From positions 40,796,001 to 40,860,000 of the forward strand of contig OZ024746.1 of assembly GCA_964016885.1 (NCBI GenBank): a DNA stretch of 64,000 nucleotides, in the 5' to 3' direction. Below the pieces are notes generated by a model. That model had not been told where the DNA came from. It saw only the letters and a program-made list of their open reading frames with translations, and did not search any database. This stretch comes from Eledone cirrhosa. Lineage: Eukaryota. Shown piece after piece: positions 1-15,802 of this stretch. The stretch's first letter is position 1. Each line of letters opens with the position of its first letter. The position numbers and the translations under genes were made by a program.

Positions 1-55
1 CACATACATATGCCGTCTTCAGAAATAATATTTCTGAAGACGGCATATGTATGTG
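1..55. repeat. Perfect fold-back palindrome (27-bp arms, 1-nt spacer), cut by the window start; inverted end of a Penelope pseudo-LTR
   Basis: Bases 1-27 CACATACATATGCCGTCTTCAGAAATA are the exact reverse complement of 29-55. The right arm continues into sequence homologous to 4850-5040. Confidence 0.9.
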
Positions 56-175
56 TTGGTATGTATATTGAATTTGATAGTTTGTATAATTTTGTATAAT
101 TTTGTACATAGATCTGTTGAATATGCATGCCAATTCTAACACATATATGTCCTAGAAACGATCGTTAAATAATGA
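29..175 (+). ncRNA. Minimal type-I hammerhead ribozyme motif with long helix II (Penelope pLTR family A)
   Basis: CTGAAGA 34-40; imperfect long helix II; GAAAC 155-159; palindromic loop GATC; GTT triplet 164-166; helix I TATTT/AAATA. Confidence 0.65.
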
Positions 176-235
176 ACTTTTTTTGTTTAATATAAGGAAC
201 TGTTTCATTGTTTTATTCATTATTTTTTTAATACT

Positions 236-1214
<979 letters not shown>

Positions 1215-1339
1215 TAGGAGGTGAGTTTTATTGTATTACAATAAAGCAATGCAGATATCGGATAAGAAGCACTCTACAGTTTGTAGGACTGGAGTATACA
1301 TAATATATAAGATCAAAAGATGGTTAAAGGAGTTCCATG

Positions 1340-1410
1340 TATTTTATTATGCGCATTTCAAAAACAAACATCATCATGCAATAATATTTGTGTTTTCATC
1401 AGATAAAACA
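1340..1410 (-). ncRNA. Minimal type-I hammerhead ribozyme (family B, mirror copy with intact helix I)
   Basis: Reverse complement of the 1534-1604 motif. Helix I TGTTTTAT/ATAAAATA is fully paired, with one G-U. Confidence 0.82.
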
Positions 1411-1533
1411 GGAGAACATGATATGAAGGCTAAAAAACACTTGTGGATAGTGCAGTTTTAAATCAACATATCATATGTTGATTTAAAACTGCACTATCCA
1501 CAAGTGTTTTTTAGCCTTCATATCATGTTCTCC

Positions 1534-1604
1534 TGTTTTCTCTGATGAAAACACAAATATTATTGCATGATGATGTTTGTTTTTGAAATGCGCATAATAA
1601 AATA
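1534..1604 (+). ncRNA. Minimal type-I hammerhead ribozyme (family B)
   Basis: TGTTTTCT-CTGATGA(1542-1548)-16-bp helix II with GCAT loop-GAAA(1585-1588)-T-GCGC-A-TA-ATAAAATA. AUA triplet and palindromic helix III loop. Confidence 0.8.
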
Positions 1605-1633
1605 CATGGAACTCCTTTAACCATCTTTTGATC

Positions 1634-1960
1634 TTATATATTATATAAATATATATATATATATATATATAAATATATATATATAAATATATATATATAA
1701 ATATATATATAAATATATATATAAATATATAAATATATATATAAATATATATATAAATATATATATAAATATATATATAAATATAAATATATATATAAAT
1801 ATATATATAAATATAAATATATATATAAATATATATATAAATATAAATATATATATAAATATAAATATATATATAAATATAAATATAAATATAAATATAT
1901 ATATAAATATAAATATATATATAAATATATATATAAATATAAATATATATATAAATATAT

Positions 1961-2009
<49 letters not shown>

Positions 2010-2040
2010 AATATAGATATAAATATATATATAAATATAG

Positions 2041-2111
<71 letters not shown>

Positions 2112-2148
2112 AATATATATATATAAATATAAATATATATATATAAAT

Positions 2149-2180
<32 letters not shown>
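1634..2180. repeat. (TA)n/(TAAA) microsatellite array
   Basis: Seen directly. Confidence 0.98.
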
Positions 2181-2443
2181 GTAGATAAATCTACCAAAAG
2201 TTTACGGTAGTGTCCAATCCGTATGAAGAACTCAATGTAATCCGGATATCATGAAAAGAGAAGATGTATTCAAAAACTACTTTCGGTGAAAAATAAACGG
2301 AAAACAGAGTCAAGATAAATTAATAAAATAATGAATAAACAAAGAAACAGTTCCTTATATTAAAAAAAATTCATCATTTTACGATCGTTTCTAGGATATA
2401 TATGTGATATGCATATTCTATAGATCTATGTACAGTATTTATA

Positions 2444-3682
2444 GTCTAGATATTACATTTGAAAACACAAGTAAAGTAGTTAATTTCCTAGATATAACAT
2501 TAGACTTATCTACGGGTATCTACCAACCTTACCATAAACCCAACCAAAATTTACACTACATACACTCACAATCTAATCACCCTAAATCTATTCTTAAAAA
2601 CCTTGCATATAATATATCACTTAGAATTTCTAACCTTTCGTCTAACCAAGATGTATTTGATAAAAATGCAACCTTTTATAACGAAGCTCTAGCTAGAAGT
2701 GGCCACAAAAATAGATTAGTATATATACCTTCTACCAATAACACTACAAACATACAACCTAATATTACCAACAAACACCAAATGAAACATACACACCTAA
2801 ATGCCACTCACACTATACCCCAAAACACCAACATAAAACCAAATTTCTCTAGTATAGTAACTCTCAAAAAACTACTCATCCTACAACTCTAATAAATGTG
2901 AATAGTAAAACTCCTAATAAACAAGCTAAAACACCTAAATCAATAAATCTAACTAAAAATGTGTGTGGTGAGGTCATTAACAATAATTCTCTTAATAAAC
3001 ATCAGGATGCATCCTATAAAAACAATAAACAACATCGAAACCGTAATAGACGAGTTAGTTGGTATAATGCTCCATTTAATTTACAAATTAAGGATAATAT
3101 ACCTAAAAAATTCTTTAATATCCTAGAGAAAAACTTCCCGCCAAACCACAAATACCATCAAATTTTTAATAGATCAACGGTTAAATTACCATGAGTATAC
3201 CACCAGTACATCAAACTAACCATAATATCTCCTCAGATACAGGATTCACGAAAAGTTGTAACTGTAGAAACAAGGCAAACTGTCCATTAAAAGGAAATTG
3301 CCTTGTTAATAACATAGTATATAAATGTAAAGTTAACACTAAGGACTCAATTTATTCATATATAGGAGCTACCTCTAACAAATTTAAGGTAAGATTTAAT
3401 ACCCACAAACATAGTTTTAAAAATGCCGCACTAGTTAATACAACATCTCTAGCAGAAATAATTAATAGTTATAGAAAGAGGAATATAGATTATGACCTGA
3501 CCTGGAGTGTGCTCAAAAGGGCCACCCCTTATCAAAATAGTAGATATGAATGTAGATTATGTTCCCAAGAACTTTTTGAAATAATGAAATCTAAGGATAT
3601 CCTATTAAATAAGCGACAGGAATTAATAATATCGTGTAATCATAAACTGAGAAAAACCTTTAAATATTATAAACCTAATTAA
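2444..3682 (+). pseudogene. Penelope-like ORF remnant: RT C-terminus/thumb, linker and GIY-YIG endonuclease, frameshifted over three frames
   Basis: Motifs VNFLDITLDL, YHKPN, YIHSQSNHP, WYNAPF, CNCRNKANCPLKGNC (CxCx5C), IVYKC...YIGAT...RFNTH (GIY-YIG) and a C-terminal CRLC. Confidence 0.92.
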
Positions 3683-3880
3683 TATACACTTTAGAAATTA
3701 ATATATAAACTATTTTTAATTTAGTTAACCTATAATTAATATTCTACTACTGATGAACTACATAATTCTTCTTTAAATATTATAAACCTAATTAATATAC
3801 ACTTTAGAAATTAATATATAAACTATTTTTAATTTAGTTAACCTATAATTAATATTCTGCTACTGATGAACTACATAATT
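3659..3880 (+). repeat. Tandem duplication with a period of about 113 bp spanning the Penelope stop codon
   Basis: TAAATATTATAAACCTAATT...CTACATAATT occurs at 3661 and again at 3774. Confidence 0.9.
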
Positions 3881-3989
3881 TTGCTTTCCTTCTTACAACT
3901 ATCATTTCCTAAAACTGATACTATTAAGTAAACATATATAATGCTTTAACTTCAGGTTATGACTCTATGTTCCTTGAAAACTATATATA

Positions 3990-4095
3990 TTTATTATTTC
4001 TCACTAATAAATTTAATCCCCCCCCCCATAATTATATGTATATGTAAGTGTGTATGTGTGTGTATATATGTATGTATGTATGTATATGTGCATGC

Positions 4096-4155
<60 letters not shown>

Positions 4156-4212
4156 GTGTGTATATGTGTGTATGTATATGTATATATATGTATATATATA
4201 TATATATATATT
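3990..4212. repeat. Mixed (TG)/(TA) microsatellite inside the Penelope 3' region
   Basis: Seen directly. Confidence 0.85.
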
Positions 4213-4847
4213 ATTTTTATATTCTTTTAATTTCCCCTCATCTTTAACACCACTTTTCAACTGCATCTAACTCTTATTTATCATATCTATATGTATTAGT
4301 ATAATTTTATCAATATAAATATACCCATCAATTAAATTAATTTATATTCTTTTCATAGATGTATTTTTTTCACTAACATTCTTATCGTAAAACTTTAGTC
4401 ACCTTAGATATTTGTATTGGCATTACTATTTTATAACAGCAACTGCTTATATACCTTTTACTGACCACCTGACCTATTTTCACCCCTAAAATAAGCTTCA
4501 ATTACTACTATTTTACCATTTGGCCAATTATTAACTTTCTATTGGTTAATTCTAAACTTCTTACCAAACAGACAGAATATATTAGATCTTTGTTGGTTTT
4601 ATTCAATGAACAAATAAAATTATTTCTAAGGTCAGCATACGACCTATTTCTCCCCTAAAATAATCCTTCATTCATAATATTCTTTTCCATCCAAAACTGA
4701 AATCTACCTTCCTCTACCCATAATTTAAGGTTCTTCTACTACTATATTACTATCTTGACCCTCACTATCTCTCTATTGGTCAATTCAAAACCTGTTCCCA
4801 AACAGACCTATTGTATTGAATCTTTGTTTTTTTTCAATAAACAAATA

Positions 4848-4989
4848 TCATTATTTCTGAAGACAGCATACATATGTGTAGGTATGTATATTCCCTCTGA
4901 TAGTTTGTATAAATACTGTACATAGATCTATAGAATATGCATACCAACTCTATCACATATATATCCTAGAAACGATCGCAAAATGATGA
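4848..4989 (+). ncRNA. Type-I hammerhead motif in the Penelope 3' pLTR (family A); cleavage triplet mutated to GCA
   Basis: TCATTATTT-CTGAAGA(4857-4863)...GAAAC(4969-4973)-GATC-GCA-AAATGATGA. The inverted partial copy at 2371-2391 retains GTA. Confidence 0.7.
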
Positions 4990-5037
4990 ATTTTTTAATA
5001 TAAGGAACTGTTTCTTTGTTTATTCATTATTTTATTA

Positions 5038-5072
<35 letters not shown>

Positions 5073-5074
<2 letters not shown>

Positions 5075-5815
5075 AAGAATTAGTATATCTACTAACATAT
5101 ATACAGATGCATACCTATGCCAGCAAGTATATAGGTTTTGTCTTAGTAACTTTGTGGTTCAATGCATGGGGATGCAGAACGTACGTTTCTTCGGAAACTA
5201 TGTTTATTCCCTTTCAGAAACTAATTAGTTGGAGTGAAATTTTAGTAAGTAAGTTAATTTTTATAATTTTCTTATTTTACCTCTTTCATATTATTGTTCT
5301 GCATCCCCATGCATTGAACCACAAAGTTACTAAGACAAAACCTATATACTTGCTGGCATAGGTATGCATCTGTATATATATGTTGGTAGATATACTAATT
5401 CTTTATAATTATCTCCAAATTATTTTGTCGAGCAAAAATTGGCCAAAACTGCTACTATAGTTCATAGTAACGGTTCGGCTGCTGTCTTCTTAACAAACCA
5501 CTCCTCACTGATTAACCTCGATGTCACGTGATTGATTCTTTTGAATTTGCCACCGACGCAGTAGGCAGTGATTTTTTCAATGGCTTGGAACTTAGTCCAC
5601 GATTTGCTTTTTTCCATCCACTGAATTATTTTTGTATAAGTTCCCTGTGTCCACGCATTGCCTGGAAACTTAGCTGAGAATAGACTTCCCTGATGACGAA
5701 AGGCTTCTCCGTATATTTCTTCGGAAACTATGTTTATTCCCTTTCAGAAACTAATTAGTTGGAGTGAAATTTTAGTAAGTTAATTTTTATAATTTTCTTA
5801 TTTTACATCTTTTAA

Positions 5816-5818
<3 letters not shown>
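5073..5818 (+). mobile_element. Another Penelope-type family (C): inverted segment, partial pLTR and full pLTR in tandem, no ORF
   Basis: 5073-5180 is the inverse of 5296-5405. 5186-5294 is a direct repeat of 5716-5818. Flanked by (TA)n on both sides and carries a hammerhead motif. Confidence 0.8.
5684..5765 (+). ncRNA. Minimal type-I hammerhead ribozyme (family C)
   Basis: ACTTCC-CTGATGA(5690-5696)-CGAAAGG...CCTTTCA-GAAA(5747-5750)-CTAATTAG (palindromic helix III)-TT-GGAGT. Confidence 0.7.
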
Positions 5819-9140
<3,322 letters not shown>

Positions 9141-10339
9141 ATCTTTCCGTGTACAATATATCATGGCATTCAAGACAATTAAATAAACTCAAAAGTACTA
9201 GGCTGGAACAGTTGTTTGACTCTGAACGTCCTGTACAGCATGAAACCATATCAAAACAACCTTGAAAAATCAAAAACCTTATACTCTTATGCTGCAAATT
9301 TTCACAACAATCTGTCAACTAGAAAAGATACTAAAACCATTTGAATTTACAAAATCACATTTAAATATTTTCTGCTAAACCATTGCAAGATGATAAGAGT
9401 TAAACCTGTAAACATATTATTGATTTTGAGCAATATAATGAAGAAAATCAAAGTATTATTAGGGAATGTATAAAAGTCCGATATTTTCCGGAAAAATGAA
9501 ATCAATAATTGCGGGATTCAGCTTTATGTTTCATCCTTTCTAGTGTCGTTAAAATAAGAATCAGTCAAGTACAGTTAGTTTAAATCGACAACATCTTTAA
9601 TCGAAAATACGTGTTCTTGTATCAATATCAGAACAATAACAACAAGAAGCAACTGTTGTAGAGGAATAAATATATCTGAGTATTAGCAGGAGAAATTCTA
9701 GTGAGCAACACTTTCACATCTCAGTCATATCTTATACTGAAATAGTAACAGGTGTCTTTCTCTTACCTCTATAACTTAATGTAAGGGATATGAAATAGCT
9801 ATCCTAGTCAGTCATTGTTTAGAAGCGCTATACGGACGTTTAAATTGTATAAATAAATAAAATTGCAGCTGTTTTCAGGATATATGCCTACTTCATTAAT
9901 AAACAGTCAAGATTAAACTAGTTAATTAAACAAACCTCTCATAAAACTTCTTCACTCTTCATTATCATCAATGGTTCCACCTCATACAACTGTTTCAGAT
10001 AGAGAACTGTAAAAACCATTGCAACTTCTGTCACATAGTATTTAGCAGTACGTAATCCACTGAACAATGTTTTATTTATTTATATATATACACACACACA
10101 TACACATATGTAACACAAGTAGAAAGTAATTATATGCATATATTATACACACACACACATAAAGTATTCTAATCAGATTGCAGTCAATCTTGTCCAATAA
10201 ACTAGTGATAATTGGACTGACTGATAATTAAATATCTAGGGTAGTCTATCAGGTTTAGTCACAATAATTAAAGTCTAAAATCTAATAACTTCCAAGCCAA
10301 ACATAGAAGATAGGTGCGCGCGCGAGAGAGAGAGAGGGA

Positions 10340-10495
10340 GACCCAGTGCTTAATTGGAGCGTTATTTATTGACGCCAGAAGGACGAAAGGCTAAATTAAC
10401 CTAGAAGGTATTTTGAACTCAGAGCGCAGAAAACTGGAAAAAATACCACCAGACATTCTATCCGACGCTCTAATGACTCTGCCAATTCGCCATCC
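10340..10495 (-). mobile_element. tRNA-derived SINE (family 1), degenerate
   Basis: Reverse complement of GAGTTCAAA...GCCTTTCGTCC...CAATAAATA and a GAATTGGCAGAGTC head. Confidence 0.75.
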
Positions 10496-11179
10496 ATTAA
10501 TGGCATACGTGACATAAAATAGCTTCAAGCAGGAATCGAATCAGGCACCTGAAATCGATTTGGTGACAGTTTGTTCCGTGCTATATAGTTATCGACACAA
10601 AACATTCAGCATAAATAACCGAATTAGTTTAGACATGACTCTGTCGAGCCATTGACGACTCACATATCATACGTTCTTACAGACACTGAAATATCTATAT
10701 GTATTCAATTTCTTATTATAATCTATATAACTGTTAGACTAACGGGTTTACTCTTATTTGTTAGATAGGAGGGGCACTTTTCAGAATTGTTGTTAATTTA
10801 GTTGTAGCCTTAGTACATAAGTAGATGTTATTTTAAATATGTGTGTAGAGAGAAAGAATGTGCGCGTGTGTATGTGCCAATTATACCTAAACTAATCGAG
10901 ACACAAATAAAATAAGCAGACGAGGATATGAGAAATTACTGTATTTATCAGTAATTTTATAGCTTCATATTATGTCTCTATCCCCAGTTGTTATCTATAT
11001 TTATTGTAGATATATTTTGTCGAAATACGGAAGGTCAAAGAAAGATAAATACATCTAATGAATTACCAAATGAACTTTATAGAACAGTTTTTGTAGGTAA
11101 ACATTAACGTGTTATTTTAAATAGATTACGAGGTCGTTTTGCTGCTTAGATAAATGGCTCGCAGTCAACATTATAAATA

Positions 11180-11345
11180 CGGTTGGCGTTAGGAAGGGCA
11201 TCCAGCGGTATAAATCAAGCCAGAAACGGTTTTGTGTGAGCAAAACACGGTTATCTGTTCTGACTTGTCTCACAACAGGACAACCCGTCTAACCCATGCT
11301 AGCGTTGAAAATGGACGTTAAACGATGATAATGATAATAATAAAT
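11180..11345 (+). mobile_element. SINE 3' portion ending in GGACGTTAAACGATGAT(AAT)n
   Basis: GTTGGCGTTAGGAAGGGCATCCAGC...AACCCATGCTAGC...; a related copy lies at about 59320-59515. Confidence 0.7.
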
Positions 11346-12389
11346 AGATTTGATCACCTTTCGGTTGCTTTTATTCGAAATGATAGTTACTGAATGTATA
11401 CATTCACCATAATTAATAACTCAGCCAGATTTTAAAAGGAATGAATCGCAGGGCAAATTTTACGGGCAAAGCAAGCCGACTGGAGTCCCAGAGGTAGACT
11501 ATGAGCAAGATAGTTAGATAACATACACAAACTCGGTTGGTCTTGCTTAAAGATCTAGTCAGATTATTTGGAGATGATTGCTATCCGATAGGACCCTTTG
11601 AGGAATAAGTGGAAGAAGAAGAAAATATATTGTAACTTACTTATTAAATAGCTTGGCTTGAATCAAATTGTCATATCACCGGCTGACACTACACGAAGCG
11701 TTTAATGTAAATTAAACCATTCACATATATATTATATGTCTGGTTTATCAGAAATTTAGACTAATTTCATAAAAGGCTTGGTCCGTCAATGCAAGAAACA
11801 AATATTTAAACAAGAATTGTTTATACTGGTACGCTTTCCTTCAGATTCATCGCTCACAAATGAATATTTTCACAAATATATACACTCTCATACACATACA
11901 CATACACACCCTGTGCTGTACGATTGAAAATGCGGAAATCCTCAAGTGACTTAGGCTTGGCATTAGGAAGTCAGTATATATTTCAAGGGATATTTTAACA
12001 GACAATGTCGAAACGATATAAAGCTCGTTGCTTGAGTTTAAAATTGTATCTAATGTAAATGATTAAGTGTTTTAACAGTGGGTGCTAACAATACATAAAA
12101 TAAATTGCAGTGTGTGCATTATTACAGTGAAGAGTGAACCGATTAATCACGTGTTTTCTTGTTTTATTTGTTTCGCTCCTTTACAGTTAATTGCAAGAAT
12201 AAGTCAAAACATGGAAGAATAATGCATTTCAATCATATTTTTAGAATATAAGAACTTCACGAAATATAATACTAAAGATAAACAGATTTTAGATAAAAAC
12301 AACTAAAAGAAGATGTTTATTTATTAAAGAGGGCGGTTGTTTAACAATTGTTGTACAATGGAAAACAAGTCTAAAGAGGATATAATTAT

Positions 12390-12557
12390 TTCTTTCTAAT
12401 ATTGGTCAATTATGTCGACTTTATTCTATCGACCCCGGATGGATGAAAAGCAACATTGACCTCGGCGGGATCTGAATTCGGAAGCGTAGAAAGTCGTAAC
12501 TAAATAACACAAATAATTATGTTCAATGCTCCACCGATACTGCCAATCCACCACCTT
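12390..12557 (-). mobile_element. SINE family 1
   Basis: ATCGACCCCGGATGGATGAAAAGC...GACCTCGGCGGGAT...GATACTGCCAATCCACC. Confidence 0.8.
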
Positions 12558-13734
12558 CCCAGGGAGGATATAATGCTTTCTCTTGATAATAAAGTGTTAG
12601 TTGAAGTGTTTAAGTTCATTCAAGCAGTGTTCGGCTGGATGTAATTTTAATCTGTAGTACAGAATGAATGTTTTCGACATACATACATAAACACACACAC
12701 AACGTGTTGTGTCCTTAACAAAACACTTTTTTTAGTGTCTTAATATATTTCTATTGTAAGTATTGCTGAATTTTGCATTTCAATTAAAAGAAATTTGTTA
12801 ACACTTTTGTTAGCTTATTTCTAACATACAATGCATTTGAAGGAATTTACTAAGATTATAAATTATGTCATTATTAAAATAGCATTTGTAACATAACTTA
12901 ATAAGAAGTCTTTTTACCAAATGCAGTTTAATAAAAAGATAAAAAAATTTAGATTGGGAAGAAAGAATGGAATGTAAATAGGAAAGATTGGGCTCTGGGA
13001 CTAGGGCGTTGTGGTAAAGGGGGTGCGCCCCGCGGACATGACCGCAAAAGCATTCCCGAAGACTTTTTATTTAAATAGGAATCCGTTAAGACGAGTAGTT
13101 TTCTTTCATAAAACCAAGGGCAGTTTCGGGGCGAGTTATCAAAAGAGTTAAATCGGCCAGTGAAATAATGGTTTCTGATTTAGACACAAGGCCGACAATT
13201 TGGGGGGAGGAGAAAGTCAGTTAAATCGACCCCCCAATGTGTTACTGGTACTTTATAATACTATTTATATGTAGTTGATTGTAATGGTTGACACAGCTCA
13301 CTGTGTCATTCATTAGGCAAAGTGTTTTACTTCGTCACCTATACGCACTCTAGCGTATGACAAAGTTTCAGAAGTAAGCATTCGATTAAATATTAACCTT
13401 CGACCCAAAAGCCTACTTTATTGAGTCTTAATCACTGTTATGGTTAGTAGTTGAACCATGCTTCGTATTAAACTTCTAAATTACCATACATAGTATTTGT
13501 GTTTTGAAAATTATATAGGCTGAAAAGAAATGTCTAAAAGATAAACAAAATGACATTTCGGAAGTTATAGACTTTTGAAACGAAGTAATTTTAGTGTTTC
13601 TCAGAGTTTAAAAAATTTTAGTGATTGCCATCCAACATTGATGTTTAAACTTTTCTTGGTTTACGCACATACTCTTGTCAATACAAAAGATTAGCTTTAA
13701 GATAACTGCTTCAATAGATTAGTTGATAGCACAC

Positions 13735-14122
13735 TGGATTGGCAGTATCGGTAGAAGGTCGGACGCCATGCTTTGACGCATAGAGTTACGGCCCTTGCCA
13801 TTCTGAGTTCAAATCACGCCGAGGTTAACCTTGCCTTTCATCCTTACGGGGTCGATAAAATAAAGTACCAGTAATGTACTGGGTAATTGCTGGCCTTGTG
13901 CCAAAAAGTAGAAACAATTATTATTCTTTTCTAACGGTGGATTGGCAGTATCGGTAGAGGGTCAGACGCCATGCTTTCCAGCATAGTTACATCCCTTTAC
14001 GATCTGAGTTCAAATCCCGCCGAGGTTGACTTTGCCTTTCATCCTTACGGGGTCGGTAAAATAAAGTACCAGTAATGCACTGGGTAATTGCTGGCCTTGT
14101 GCCTAAAGTAGAAACAATTATT
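13735..14122 (+). mobile_element. Two tandem SINE family 1 copies (13735-13925 and 13935-14122)
   Basis: A-box-like TGGCAGTATCGG; B-box GAGTTCAAATCC; central GCCTTTCATCCTTACGGGGTCGATAAAATAAAGTACCAG (resembles the Meta-SINE domain, from memory); tail AGAAACAATT(ATT)n. Confidence 0.9.
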
Positions 14123-14135
14123 TTCTAATGATAAT

Positions 14136-14280
14136 ATATGGTTGAGTGGTTAAGGCGTTCGCTTGGTAAACATGTTGTTCTGGGTTCAGTACCAACGCGG
14201 GCAACTTGGGTAAGTGTTTCTACTATAGCCACAGGTTAACCCATGTCTTGTGAGTGGAAATCGGCAGACGGAAACCGCAG
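14136..14280 (+). mobile_element. tRNA-derived SINE family 2, 5' part
   Basis: TGGTTGAGTGGTTAAG...GGGTTCAGTACC...CTTGGGTAAGTGT...GGCAGACGGAAAC. Related copies lie at about 36930, 43205 and 62105. Confidence 0.75.
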
Positions 14281-14311
14281 AATTCTTACATTCCCCCAAA
14301 CCTTAATAATG

Positions 14312-15791
14312 CTTTCTTTATTAACCACAAGAGTTTTCATAAAGTAGACATTAAGGACAGTACAGGACAATACAGGACGGTACAAATGGGCATTTCTGCG
14401 TGTAAAAAACAAAAACAGAGGATGTAACAAAAAATAACAATGAAAAATTCCCCAATAGAGGGAGACTTCCGAGGGACATTCGTGGAGAAAGCCATTAAAA
14501 ACCCACAGTGACCCTGACCACCAGGGCAAGTGCCCTCTCCCAGTTTTCCACCTTTAATTTACAGACACATACTCAGAGTAGGCCCATTCACTCGGGCCAT
14601 TCTTGCCTCTCTCACCCATCTTTCAACAAAATGCTGGGAAGAGAGCATTTCCCTCTCCACCCTGATTTTCCTTTTCAAATGTAATTTGAAAAAGTTAATC
14701 AGGGCATCACCGAAGAGCTAAGTGCTCGTCTTCAGCCCTTTCAAACGTGTCCACCATACTATCTCTTTCGCCATGGCCACCAGACAGATAAAAATTGCCT
14801 GCCCTTCCCGGCTAAAGGAAGAGGGCGGGGCAATCCTCACGATGGACTCAGCTGATAGCTGGATCCGTCCTACACGCGACAGCAGGTGTTCGACATAAAC
14901 CCACAAGTCAGCAATGCTCGGACACTGGACGAGTGCGTGCAGGATGGTTTCGTCGCCCTGCGCGCATCTCGGACATGCCCGGCTGACGGCACCTCCATGC
15001 CTCTAGAGTTTAGCCCTACCTAGCAAAGCTCCTCGGTAGCACTGTCAGGCCAGGGATTTCTGGAAGTTGTCCATAGGCCCCGGCCCGAAAGTTCTTCCGA
15101 AGAGATTGGCTAGTTGATTTTCGTCGACGCCTAGAGTTTCCCCAAGTACGTCGTCGCTCTTTCCCTCCACTAATCCTCTATAGAACGCCAAGGTGGAGTT
15201 TCCACCGATCACATTGCCCGATTGGTCGAGGGCTGTGAGCGCCTGAAGACATTCCAGTCTCCTAGCGCACCCTCTAGGTCTTCGCTTGACCCAGGACTGC
15301 AGCTCCGTCAAGGAGACGACCTGGGGAAAGACGCGTCTAGCAAACGGCGACCACACCTGATCACCGTCGAGGAAGAGGTGGAGATGTCGTAGCCTGAGCG
15401 CGTGTCTGCGCATCATCAGCCACGGCATGCCCAGCCCTCCACGTAGCGGGTGTTGACAGCAGATGGACCGCCTGACCATCGGAGCTCGTCCTTTTCACAA
15501 AAACCGAAAGAGCAAACGCTCCAGCGCAGTCAGGCGGGGCTTAGGACAAGGTACGACGGTCAGGCGGTAGTAGATGACGGACGCGATGTACGCGTTAGCC
15601 ACCTCCGCTCGGCCTTTCAGGGATAGCTTCCTCTCCGCCCATTTCTGGGTGAGAGAAGCCACCCTGCTCGTCACCTCGTCCCAGTTTTTGTCCGTCTGGA
15701 GGTCCGGACCGAACCAGACCCCTAGCAATTTAACCGGTCCGTCCGTCCAGCGCCCGACGACGCTGTTGGACGGCATGGACCTGCCTCTCCA
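14312..15791 (-). mobile_element. 5'-truncated Tx1/L1-clade LINE (end of RT plus zf-RVT region), disrupted by stops
   Basis: Minus-strand ORFs VKLLGVWFG, LSLKGRAEVAN, GGLGMP, CPRC...HALVQC are homologous to the copy at 18742-21362. 17-bp TSD CCCAAACCTTAATAATG at 14295-14311 and 15792-15808. Confidence 0.93.
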
Positions 15792-15802
15792 CCCAAACCT
15801 TA

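Larger units (their letters stand above)
1300..1644. mobile_element. Head-to-head inverted Penelope-type pLTR fragment: 172-bp arms, 1-nt spacer, within TA arrays
   Basis: Symmetry centre at 1472. Only one mismatch seen (1404 versus 1540). Each arm carries a hammerhead motif. Confidence 0.85.
2315..5043 (+). mobile_element. 5'-truncated Penelope-like retroelement (Naiad-like) with inverted 5' pLTR segment and 3' pLTR
   Basis: 2315-2443 is the reverse complement of about 4908-5043. It is followed directly by RT and GIY-YIG ORF remnants. The 3' pLTR carries a hammerhead core and ends at a (TA)n tract. Confidence 0.9.

Noticed and set aside
3186-3310. Selenocysteine-encoding Naiad (in-frame TGA at 3192-3194)
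   Set aside because: The TGA is out of frame with the endonuclease and lies at an apparent deletion. The linker cysteines are TGT/TGC, and no SECIS was recognised.
3745-3880. CTGATGA in the 113-bp duplication as a hammerhead
   Set aside because: No helix II or GAAA follows.
13735-14200. tRNA genes
   Set aside because: The A/B boxes belong to SINE heads, which continue into SINE cores and do not form full cloverleafs.
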